The position numbers were made by a program, and so were the translations under genes. Under the pieces are notes generated by a model. It was given only the letters and a program-made list of their open reading frames with translations. It had not been told where the DNA came from and searched no databases. Positions 48,938 to 57,171 of a stretch of DNA of 64,000 bases are shown here, in pieces (position 1 is the stretch's first letter; each line of letters begins with the position of its first letter). Origin of the DNA: an uncultured Armatimonadetes bacterium (GTDB taxonomy: Bacteria; Armatimonadota; UBA5829); the NCBI GenBank assembly GCA_963711155.1, contig CAVQDB010000004.1, forward strand, positions 336,486 through 400,485, written 5' to 3'.

Positions 48938-50008
48938 ATGGACTTGGTGCGCTTCTGGTCTGCGTGCGAGACTCTCATCGGCCCGGCCGCTGTCGAGGCC
49001 GAGTGGAAACAGCACGCGGGCGACAATTACGAAGCCGCCAGAGTATTCCTACGACCCCTTCAGGACCCAGCCACGAGCTACCCATGTTCCCGCGAGCCCC
49101 GCTGCGCATGCTGCCATCGGATCGTAAGGCACGATGATGGCAGCATAGTCGCCGTCTGTCGCTGCCAACCCCGCCGCTGCGATACCATTCAGCTTGCCGA
49201 AGCGGACATCGTCGTGTACGAGCTGAACCGGACGGCGCTATTTGCTGCGGTTGCGGATGTCATGTCCCTCCAGCCGGCACAACCCGATGTTCCCTCTCTA
49301 CCGTGGGCAACTCGCGTCGGCTTCGACTCTCCCTGCGCTGGATACCGTTTTCCGGTTTATCTGATCATCACGCCCCGACGGGACAGGTTGACAAGCGCGG
49401 TGTGCTCACTTACCGCAACCAACGCCTGCCCGTTCATCGTGATCGCCCCGACGAACCGGCAGTGCGAGCCGGGCTGCCTTGAACTGCTCGCTGCTCGAAA
49501 GTCTTTGTTCCTCACCATCTCCGATATCCTGAGCATCGACGGAAGCGGAGTGCCCGCCGCCAGTGAGCAATGCGTGAGGCTCCTGAGCGAGTTCCACCTT
49601 GCTATCCTCCCCGCGCTGCAGCCAAACTCCGCCGAAGCCAACCCGGTGGCGTTCTTCGCGACTCCACCGAATGCCGCTTGGAACGATGTGCATATCCGCT
49701 TCCTCGACGGCCACACGGTCTCGGTCAGTGTCAGCGACAAGGTCGGGGTCTACACCTACTCCCAGATGGGCATGTCCAAACGCAACTCAGGCACGCCGAC
49801 CGCGCAGTGGAAGCTGCTTGAGGCATTTGCGAAAGGCCGCGGCGTCTTCGACTGGAAGAGCGAACACGCCGACCGCCATCAGAAAAAGCAGAAGCAACTC
49901 CTTGCCAAAGCCCTCTGCGAGTTCTTCCGCATCGATGGCGACCCATTCCGATACGTTGAAGAGCTGAAAGGCTGGGAAGCCCACTTCGACATAGAGCCCT
50001 CCAGCTAG
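48938..50008 (+). CDS. Hypothetical Cys-rich protein (356 aa), no family recognised
   Basis: Intact ORF, 19 nt after the previous gene. It contains CSREPRCACCHRIVRHDDGSIVAVCRCQPRRC. Confidence 0.55.
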   Translation: MDLVRFWSACETLIGPAAVEAEWKQHAGDNYEAARVFLRPLQDPATSYPCSREPRCACCHRIVRHDDGSIVAVCRCQPRRCDTIQLAEADIVVYELNRTALFAAVADVMSLQPAQPDVPSLPWATRVGFDSPCAGYRFPVYLIITPRRDRLTSAVCSLTATNACPFIVIAPTNRQCEPGCLELLAARKSLFLTISDILSIDGSGVPAASEQCVRLLSEFHLAILPALQPNSAEANPVAFFATPPNAAWNDVHIRFLDGHTVSVSVSDKVGVYTYSQMGMSKRNSGTPTAQWKLLEAFAKGRGVFDWKSEHADRHQKKQKQLLAKALCEFFRIDGDPFRYVEELKGWEAHFDIEPSS

Positions 50009-50198
50009 CCTCCTAGCACCTCTCCAGGGAACTTTTCGCACCCGCTGAAATTCGACCCCATCTTTTTTTCACGCCTCGGAAACAACTGATTCCACGCTCA
50101 GAATGTCCTCATCAGCCCATCAACGGCCGCCCGGCCATCCCTCCTCCGAGCGAAATTTCGCCATGTGAGGTTGACAGACTCGAAGCGAGGGATTCCGG

Positions 50199-50787
50199 AT
50201 GGGCATTCCCAGAAACATACCCGGTCTGAACAGCCAGACCATCAACCTCATAAAGCACAAGGCGTGGGGCCTGATAGGCACCATCGGATTCACGGCCTCC
50301 GACCGTGACGACATCGAGCAGGAACTGGCCATTGACGTCCTGCAGCGACTGCCCAGATTCGACCCCGAACGCGCGCAGCTCGCGACCTTCATCGTCCGCA
50401 TAATCGACAACAAGATCGCCTCGATCATCGAGGCGCCGAAAGAGCCGCTTCTACGACTTCCGGCTCCATGCCCATTCGCTCAATGAACTCACCCAGGACG
50501 CCGACGGCTGGATCATCGAGCGCGGCGACGAGATCGACGAGGACGATTACCTTCAGCGCGTCGGCTGGCGCTGTCACCCGGCGCAGGACCTCCTGAACCT
50601 CAAAGCCGATATCGCGCGAATTCTCCCAACCCTCCCACCCGAACTGCGCGATCTGTGCTTCCGGCTCCAGACCCAGAACGTCACCGACATCTCCGCCGAG
50701 ACCGGCGTTTCGCGATACCGCATCTACACGGAGATCCGCAGGATTCGACAAGCCTTCGAACAGGCCGGGCTAAGGGATTACCTTTGA
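50199..50787 (+). CDS. ECF-type (group 4) sigma-70 family factor; 1 apparent frameshift near 50435
   Basis: Region 2: DRDDIEQELAIDVLQRLPRFDPERAQLATFIVRIIDNKIASIIEA / RKSRFYDF.... Region 4: LPPELRDLCFRLQTQNVTDISAETGVSRYRIYTEIRRIRQAFEQAG. A TTGACA box lies at 50171. Confidence 0.75.
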
Positions 50788-50825
50788 CCGTCACCGGACG
50801 GCACGAGAAGAAAGCGAGGTCAACA

Positions 50826-51032
50826 ATGAAAGGCAAAATGCAAGGTGTTTCTCACGCAGTGAACGAGGCGCTATTCGAGGTGGCGCTCATCCTTGCCACC
50901 GGATTATTCCGGGCACGGCAGCGAGCACTCCCGATGCCGGCAGATGCCGGCTTCTCCGAGACAGGGCTTGACTGTCCGCAAAAACCGAGCGTTCATACAA
51001 TGACGCTGGCAGCGCGAGGTGGGCAACTATGA
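50826..51032 (+). CDS. Small single-TM protein, translationally coupled to the endolysin (holin-like or anti-sigma candidate)
   Basis: RBS GAGG. MKGKMQGVSHAVNEALFEVALILATGLFRARQR.... Its stop overlaps the endolysin ATG (ATGA). Confidence 0.3.
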   Translation: MKGKMQGVSHAVNEALFEVALILATGLFRARQRALPMPADAGFSETGLDCPQKPSVHTMTLAARGGQL

Positions 51033-51442
51033 GCGCCTCACGCGTCGGTCTCGATCCTGAGTTTGCGAAGAAGCTTGCGCTGTTCGAGAAGAAGCTCGCC
51101 TCCAACGGCATCAAGGTGATCCTTACTGCCGGCTACAGGTCCATTCAGGAGCAGAACGGTCTGTACGCTCAGGGACGAACAAAGCCGGGCAAGAAGGTGA
51201 CCAATGCGCGCGGCGGAGAGAGCTGGCACAACTTCGGCCTTGCCGGCGACTACGCGTTCGTGATCAACGGCAAGGTCACCTGGAACGGCCCGTGGCCAAC
51301 GTTCGGCAGGATAGCCCGCGAGTGCGGGCTCGAGTGGGGCGGCGACTTCAAGACGATACTCGACCGCCCGCACGTGCAGTGGACGCGCGGCAAGACGCTC
51401 GCGCAGATGCGCCAGGCCGCCCAAACAAAGAAGACGTGCTGA
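51029..51442 (+). CDS. Peptidase M15 (VanY / L-Ala-D-Glu peptidase-like) endolysin
   Basis: ...ILTAGYRSIQEQNGLYAQGRTKPGKKVTNARGGESWHNFGLAGDYAF...GLEWGGDFKTILDRPHVQW carries the S.H..G.A.D and D.pH zinc-ligand motifs. Confidence 0.8.
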   Translation: MSASRVGLDPEFAKKLALFEKKLASNGIKVILTAGYRSIQEQNGLYAQGRTKPGKKVTNARGGESWHNFGLAGDYAFVINGKVTWNGPWPTFGRIARECGLEWGGDFKTILDRPHVQWTRGKTLAQMRQAAQTKKTC

Positions 51443-51525
51443 ACGGTCTTTCTCTGCACGGCACTTGATTTCCTTGTGGTTGTGAGTGATGAATGGTCAT
51501 CAGGAACTACCACCAAGGAGGCATA

Positions 51526-51994
51526 ATGGCCGACTCTGTTGTGAAGCAGGTTGCGAGCCTGCCCAAACTCAAATACGAAGAGCTCAAGGCTATGTACGTG
51601 GCGCTCTACGGCAAGGAGCCTCCTGCCTACAATCGGGACCTGATCATCAAGCGTCTGGCCTATCGCCTGCAGGAGATTGCCTATGGCGGTCTGCCTGAGC
51701 GGGTGTTGCGCCGGCTTGATGAAGTGCTGGTCGAGAATGGCTATGACGAGAACGCGATGCCAATGGGCGTGTCCAAAGCGCAAGCGCAAAGTGATGAAAG
51801 ACCACCCGTGATCGGCACGGTGCTCGTGCGCGAGTGGCGCGGCGAGACGATATGAGGTCACCACCCTCCGAGATGGCTTTGAGTTTCAGGGGCGCAGGTA
51901 TCGCAGCCTCTCGGCTATTGCCGCCGCGATCACGGGTGCGCACCAGAGCGGTGTCGCGTTCTTCGGTCTGAAGCCTGCGAGGAGGAAGCAGTGA
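51526..51994 (+). CDS. DUF2924-family protein (recombinase-associated); 1 apparent frameshift near 51850
   Basis: RBS AAGGAGG. MADSVVKQVASLPKLKYEELKAMYVALYGKEPPAYNRDLIIKRLAYRLQEIAYGGLP...LVREWRGET / YEVTTLRDGFEFQGRRYRSLSAIAAAITGAHQSGVAFFGLKPARRKQ. A GTGA overlap joins it to the recombinase start. Confidence 0.7.
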
Positions 51995-53352
51995 TAACAC
52001 GAGATGCGCCGGCAGTCCGCACTCTTCGTTGCGCGGTCTACACTCGGAAGAGCACCGAAAAGGGCCTGGAGCAGGACTTCAACTCACTCGACGCCCAGCG
52101 CGAGGCGTGTGAGGCATACATCGCGAGCCAGAAGCACGAGGGCTGGGTCTGCCTGCGCGAGCAATACGACGATGGCGGCTTCAGCGGCGGCAACATGGAC
52201 AGGCCGGCACTGCAGAGGCTGATCGCCGATATCGAGAAGGGGAGGGTGGATGCGGTCATAGTCTACAAGATCGACCGCATCTCCCGCTCGCTCTTGGATT
52301 TCGCCAAGCTGATGGAGCTTTTCGAGCAGCACAAGGTGGCCTTCACGTCCATCACGCAGCAGTTCTCCACAACCACGGCTATGGGCAGGCTCACCCTCAA
52401 CATCCTCCTGAGCTTCGCCGAGTTCGAGCGCGCCATCGCCTCCGAGCGTGTCCGCGACAAGATCGCCGGAGCCAAGAAGCGCGGCAAGTACCTGGGCGGC
52501 ACACCGGCTTACGGCTATGACGTCGACTACAACGACAAGCGGTTGGTCGTCAATCCGAAAGAGGCCGACACCATCCGCTGGCTGTTCAGGCGATACCTCG
52601 CGACCAACTCGCTTGTCGGCATCGCCAAGGAACTCAATGCCAAGGGCATCACGACCAAGTCCTGGACGACAAAGAGAGGCAACTACCGCCAGGGCAGCCT
52701 GTGGACCGCTCAGCATGTGTACCGGGCACTCAACAACAAGATATTCCTGGGACTCGTCGAGCATGAGGGTGAGGTATACCCTGGCGAACAGGAAGCCATC
52801 ATCGACCAGAAGCTCTGGGACGATGTGCAGAGGGTTCTGGCATCGGGCCTGGGCAGGCAGCGACGCCAGCCGACACACGAGACCAACGCGCTGCTGCACA
52901 AGCTGATCCGCTGCGGTCACTGCGGCAAGGCGATGACCAACAGCTACACGAGGAAGAACGGCAAGGTCTATCGCTACTATGTCTGCGGCACCGCCGCCAA
53001 GCTCGGCTATGACGCCTGCCCGATCAGGACAGTCCCGGCCGGCGATATCGAGAACGCAGTGCTGGATCACCTGCGCGCGATTCTCCGCTCACCCGAACTC
53101 GTCGCCCAGACGTTCCGCGCGATGCAGACTCAAGCCGCCAGCGATCCCGACCTGCCGATAGCCGGCCTCACTGAACAAGACGTCGCCGAGTCACTGAACA
53201 CTCTGGACCCGGTATGGAGCGAGCTATATCCCGCCGAGCAATACCGGATCATGCGCGCCTTGGTCGACCACGTGATCGTCACCGAAGGCGGCATCGACAT
53301 CACGCTACGCGCCGACGGCCTCTACTCCGTCGCGTGCGAACTCAGAGAATAG
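51991..53352 (+). CDS. Large serine recombinase (resolvase/invertase N-domain + recombinase + zinc-ribbon domains)
   Basis: RCAVYTRKSTEKGLEQDFNSLDAQREACEAYI...YDDGGFSGGNMDRPALQRLIADIEKGRVDAVIVYKIDRISRSL...MGRLTLNILLSFAEFERAIASERVRDKI...YGYD...LIRCGHCGKAMTNSY...YYVCG. The ORF is intact. Confidence 0.9.
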   Translation: MITRDAPAVRTLRCAVYTRKSTEKGLEQDFNSLDAQREACEAYIASQKHEGWVCLREQYDDGGFSGGNMDRPALQRLIADIEKGRVDAVIVYKIDRISRSLLDFAKLMELFEQHKVAFTSITQQFSTTTAMGRLTLNILLSFAEFERAIASERVRDKIAGAKKRGKYLGGTPAYGYDVDYNDKRLVVNPKEADTIRWLFRRYLATNSLVGIAKELNAKGITTKSWTTKRGNYRQGSLWTAQHVYRALNNKIFLGLVEHEGEVYPGEQEAIIDQKLWDDVQRVLASGLGRQRRQPTHETNALLHKLIRCGHCGKAMTNSYTRKNGKVYRYYVCGTAAKLGYDACPIRTVPAGDIENAVLDHLRAILRSPELVAQTFRAMQTQAASDPDLPIAGLTEQDVAESLNTLDPVWSELYPAEQYRIMRALVDHVIVTEGGIDITLRADGLYSVACELRE

Positions 53353-53369
53353 GAGAGCAACGAACACGC

Positions 53370-53803
53370 ATGGCAGTGCAACTCATAGAATCCCCGGATG
53401 GACCGAGAATCCACATTCCGCTCAACCTGAAGCGCACGAGCGGCCGCAAGCGGATCGTCTTCCGTGAGGACCCAGAGTCGACAGCGGCCGAGAACACACA
53501 CTGCACCGCGTACCGCAACGCAATGCTCATCGCCATCGCCCGAGGCTTTCAGGTGGAGGAAGCTACTGGACGAAGGCAGATACATGTCCATCCGCCAGAT
53601 GGCGGACGATCTCGGCGTCGCTCGCTCCTTATATGTCCCGACTTATCCGACTGTCGCTTCTCGCCCCGGACATCATCGAGGCAATTGTCGACGGCCGCGA
53701 GCCGGATGGGATGTCGATTGAGAGGCTGCGAGGGCAGATGCCGTTGGTCTGGGAGGAGCAAGAGCGGGTGTTGGGGATGCCGGCCCCGGATGCCGTAGGA
53801 TAG
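53370..53803 (+). CDS. Recombinase-associated HTH-like protein (third member of the DUF2924/recombinase triad); 2-3 apparent frameshifts
   Basis: MAVQLIESPDGPRIHIPLNLKRTSGRKRIVF...NAMLIAIARGF / RWRKLLDEGRYMSIRQMADDLGVARS / ...LIRLSLLAPDIIEAIVDGREPDGMSIERLRGQMPLVWEEQERVLGMPAPDAVG, assembled from three frames. Confidence 0.5.
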
Positions 53804-53848
53804 GAAGCAGTGCAACCTTGCGCCACTGAGGCTGCACTGCTCTAGAGA

Positions 53849-53986
53849 CTACTTGCCTCTTTTCGATGGCCGCTGAGACAACGCGCTACCTGCCGCAGTC
53901 TTGCTGGCCTTTCCCGTGCTGCCACTCTTTAGAACTTTGGAGGCTGCACTGGCTGCCTTTGCACTGGTCACTTTTCCTCCAGCCAT
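53849..53986 (-). CDS. Small basic Lys/Ala/Ser-rich protein (45 aa), not in the ORF track
   Basis: My own translation: MAGGKVTSAKAASAASKVLKSGSTGKASKTAAGSALSQRPSKRGK, preceded by GGTGAGGGAAAA. Confidence 0.3.
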   Translation of the reverse strand: MAGGKVTSAKAASAASKVLKSGSTGKASKTAAGSALSQRPSKRGK

Positions 53987-54068
53987 TTTTCCCTCACCAC
54001 CTTCCAACAGGATGACTCAGAGTCGGGTGCCCGACCGAGTAGAACAACTTGGGCCTTGTAAACGGCAC

Positions 54069-54098
54069 TTGACGCAGACCTGTCGGAAGTAGTATACT
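54069..54098 (+). promoter_or_regulatory. Sigma70-like promoter of the XRE/ImmA/R-M operon, with a palindromic AGTATACT box
   Basis: TTGACG (54069-54074), an 18-nt spacer, then TATACT (54093-54098). The -10 sits inside the 8-bp palindrome AGTATACT (54091-54098). A second AGTATAC lies at 54149-54155, just before the XRE start. Confidence 0.45.
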
Positions 54099-54170
54099 AC
54101 TATTCGGGTGAGTCCGTCAACATTACTGGACTGCTCATTGTAGCCATTAGTATACACGGTGGTAGTAGAA

Positions 54171-54585
54171 ATGCGAAATGCCAATTCTGGCGAAGACACG
54201 AGCGCACTGGGCGCGCGGATAACCGGAGCGCGAACGGCGAAGGGCATCTCTGTGGCTCAGCTTGCTGACTTAGCCGGAGTATCCAAAGCATACATGCACC
54301 AGATTGAGAACGGCGAATGCAAGCGCCCGTCTGCACAAGTCATGTTTGACATAGCCAACGTTCTCGGAACGAGCGTCGGATACATTCTCGGCCGGGTACC
54401 CGATAATCCTGAGCCTGGAAAAGTCTAGAATTCCTGCCAGTCTGCAGGAGTTTGCCGATTCCCAGCCGGAACTCGTGGAAGATGAGATTGAGATGCTCGC
54501 CAGAATTCGTCATCGCGGAGATCAGCCGAAGACCGCTAAAGACTGGGAGTATCTCTGGGAGTCGATCAAGAGGTCTGTGAAGTAA
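54171..54585 (+). CDS. XRE-family HTH regulator; 1 apparent frameshift near 54420
   Basis: LGARITGARTAKGISVAQLADLAGVSKAYMHQIENGECKRPSAQVMFDIANVLGTSVGYILG (HTH_3), then ...PEPGK / SRIPASLQEFADSQPELVEDEIEMLARIRHRGDQPKTAKDWEYLWESIKRSVK. The stop lies 3 nt before the ImmA ATG. Confidence 0.8.
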
Positions 54586-54588
54586 CTC

Positions 54589-55485
54589 ATGGTGAATTAC
54601 GACCGGGTTATTGGAAGTGGCGGCCGTGTCTACTACAGCCAGATCGCTAGGGCTCTCGTAGACACGACCGGCATGCCGGATCCGGTTGCGGCAGTTGAGC
54701 ACTTGTCGAGTCAGCTGCTGCGGGAAGCCGATGTTGCGAGTCCGCCAATTGCTCTAGAGATGCTTGCTTCATTCCAGGGTGTCACGGCAATCAAGCTCGT
54801 TGATATGCCTGGGTCAGGTAGGATTGTGCCTAGAGGAGGCGGGAGCCTGGAAGTTCATCTCCGGATTGGCGATTCGCCAGGCCGTCGCAACTTCTCATTG
54901 GGGCACGAGATCGGTCACACCCTAATGCCTGGCTATCGGGCTCACCCGGAAGAAAAGCATGACCTTTATACAGGAGAGTTTGCCGAGAAGAACGAGGAGG
55001 AGTACTTCTGCGATATTGCGGCACGAAGTCTGCTGTTGCCGGAGGAGTTGTTTCGGTCGGTATGTACCGGCATGAGTCCATCGATTAATGGCCTACTCAT
55101 GTTAGCGGAGCAGTTTCAATGCTCTCTTGAAGCGGTTGCCCTGAGGATCGACCAGTCACGTGTCTGGCCGTGCATTCCTATCGTATGGGAACTGCAGCTG
55201 AAGCCTACACAGGTGAAGACGAAGAACGATTTGGCTCTACCTGGATTTGAGGAGTTGAGTATTCCGCAAGAGGAGTATCGAGTGAAATTCCACGCGGGAC
55301 GCGGTGCGCATGTATTCTTCCCGGCATTCAAGCATATTGGCAAAGACTGCCCTATGGTGCTTGGATGTATGCAGGAAACCAGCTTCAAGGGAAAGTGCTT
55401 GCTGCCAGCTTCCAAGAAGGACGTTGAGTGCTATGCTGAGGCAGTCGCTGTGCCTTACCGGGATAGAATCTTGTCCAGCGACTAA
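54589..55485 (+). CDS. ImmA/IrrE-family (M78) zinc metallopeptidase with a ~130-aa C-terminal extension
   Basis: RRNFSLGHEIGHTLMPGY (HExxH) ...EEYFCDIAARSLLLPEELF...LAEQFQCSLEAVALRI. The ORF is intact. Confidence 0.85.
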   Translation: MVNYDRVIGSGGRVYYSQIARALVDTTGMPDPVAAVEHLSSQLLREADVASPPIALEMLASFQGVTAIKLVDMPGSGRIVPRGGGSLEVHLRIGDSPGRRNFSLGHEIGHTLMPGYRAHPEEKHDLYTGEFAEKNEEEYFCDIAARSLLLPEELFRSVCTGMSPSINGLLMLAEQFQCSLEAVALRIDQSRVWPCIPIVWELQLKPTQVKTKNDLALPGFEELSIPQEEYRVKFHAGRGAHVFFPAFKHIGKDCPMVLGCMQETSFKGKCLLPASKKDVECYAEAVAVPYRDRILSSD

Positions 55486-55521
55486 GGATCATCTCACTAG
55501 CATTTGTGTGAGGACCAAAGG

Positions 55522-56301
55522 ATGGATATTACAAAGCTCATAGATAGTTTGGAGACGGTTTTCTACGAGGTTTTTGGGCTCCTTGTTCCGGCTGCATGTT
55601 TGTGTGCTCTTATGCTTCCATTCTTGCCGACAGCATACTGGTCTGATGCCGTTCGGCTGGAGCCTGCAGGTCCGCAGTACGTAGCTGTCGTTGTGCTGTT
55701 GTACATCCTTGGCGTGTTCCTAAATGCTGCTCGCAAGACGGAAGCAGCAGTGCTTGCGGCAATCGGACGATTCGTGAAAAGGGGCAAGAGCGAGAAAGAG
55801 ACAGGCACCGATCCAGCTTCTGCATATCCAGATCGCAACATCTACAGAGCTGCGCGCGACCAGATTGCTGCTCACTTCGGAATGCCTGCTGATGCTCTAT
55901 CCGATCTAGAAGTATTCAACCTATGCTTGAGTGTAGCTGGCGACAGAGCTGTAGCATATCGGAAGTTCGTATCCTTACGTGACATGATGCGAGGGATGGG
56001 TTTCGCTGTGACCGTTGCGGTAGTGGCGACGCTGACCAGACTCACTACATCCCCTTCCACGGCTTTGAGCATCGCACCATTCGCCAAGCTCACCGGTGTC
56101 CATCTGGCAGGAACCCTCAATAGTCTTGGTGGCGGCAGGCTTTTCTACGCTGGGATGCTTGTTGTATTGGTGGTTGCCAAGTGGGCGTTTTTCGGGCGTG
56201 AGAAACGGTACGAGGGCATTGGGCGCAGGATCATCTACCCGCTCGCACTGCAGGCATTAAGAAGTGCTCCAGGCTCACAAGAGAAAAGAGAGGAAAGCTA
56301 A
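55522..56301 (+). CDS. Multi-pass membrane protein of unknown function
   Basis: MDITKLIDSLETVFYEVFGLLVPAACLCALMLPFL...YVAVVVLLYILGVFL...GFAVTVAVVATL...LFYAGMLVVLVVAKWAFF. Its stop overlaps the next ATG (TAATG). Confidence 0.6.
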   Translation: MDITKLIDSLETVFYEVFGLLVPAACLCALMLPFLPTAYWSDAVRLEPAGPQYVAVVVLLYILGVFLNAARKTEAAVLAAIGRFVKRGKSEKETGTDPASAYPDRNIYRAARDQIAAHFGMPADALSDLEVFNLCLSVAGDRAVAYRKFVSLRDMMRGMGFAVTVAVVATLTRLTTSPSTALSIAPFAKLTGVHLAGTLNSLGGGRLFYAGMLVVLVVAKWAFFGREKRYEGIGRRIIYPLALQALRSAPGSQEKREES

Positions 56302-57158
56302 TGGTAGGTAAGCTGGAAGCGGTTGTTTTCGATGTTGGACATGGTGCTTGTATCCTGATCCGAACACCGAACGAGCGAACAGTTTTGATCGATCCTGGAT
56401 GCACCGATAAGTTCAGCCCTTCGGATCATCTTTTCACCGAATGGAAGACGACAAGTGTCGACATGATGGTTGTGACTCATCCACACGGCGACCACATCAA
56501 CGACATGGTCAATGTGGACCTGTATATGCATGTCGATTCTCTTCTGCGGAACAAGACTATGCCAGAGAGCATGATCTGTTCCGGTGGCGACAAGGCACCT
56601 GAAGCCGACCGGACATACTTAGTGAAGTATCACCGGAAGTACACGAGTAAGCGCGACTGGCAGGTTTCGATGATGAACCCGGATTACAATGGGGGCGTGA
56701 CGGTTCTGTCTGGAACCCTGGACTATGATCCGCGAACCCCCCTGAGCGCCAATAATCTCAGTCAGGTGATCAGGTTTCGATATGGGTGCTTGGACCTTCT
56801 TTGTCCAGGGGACATTGAACCAGCGGGTGTTGCTTTGCTCGCTGAAAAAAGTCCCAAACTTCTGGCTGCCGATGACGCAGCCTTGGAGTATCGCGTGATG
56901 ATCGCTCCACATCATGGCAGAGACTCTGCCGCTTCATCTGATCTCATAAAGCTTTTCAATCCTCACCTGGCCGTAATTTGTGATGAACACGGTGTGAAGA
57001 CCACCAACGACGACTTCTACCGATATCACTGCACTGGCCTGAGAGTGTATCGGAAGAGCACAGACACTGTAGAAGAGAAGTGCGTGCTTACAACCAAAAC
57101 AAACGACTATGTCTACCTCAGGGCAGACGATCAAAACCTCCTCGTGCAGGTACCGTAG
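56301..57158 (+). CDS. MBL-fold metallo-hydrolase (ComEC/Rec2-related beta-lactamase-fold type)
   Basis: AVVFDVGHGACILIRTPNERTVLIDPG...MMVVTHPHGDHIND (HxHxDH) ...LLCPGDIE...MIAPHHGRDSA. The ORF is intact and ends 13 nt before hsdM. Confidence 0.8.
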   Translation: MVGKLEAVVFDVGHGACILIRTPNERTVLIDPGCTDKFSPSDHLFTEWKTTSVDMMVVTHPHGDHINDMVNVDLYMHVDSLLRNKTMPESMICSGGDKAPEADRTYLVKYHRKYTSKRDWQVSMMNPDYNGGVTVLSGTLDYDPRTPLSANNLSQVIRFRYGCLDLLCPGDIEPAGVALLAEKSPKLLAADDAALEYRVMIAPHHGRDSAASSDLIKLFNPHLAVICDEHGVKTTNDDFYRYHCTGLRVYRKSTDTVEEKCVLTTKTNDYVYLRADDQNLLVQVP

Positions 57159-57171
57159 CCAAGGAAGAGAT

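Noticed and set aside
53901-54092. 63-aa plus-strand ORF in the recombinase/XRE intergenic region
   Set aside because: It has no RBS, a hydrophobic/Pro-rich odd composition, and it would run through the operon promoter. The minus-strand 45-aa basic ORF with an RBS (53849-53986) is the more plausible, though still weak, gene there.
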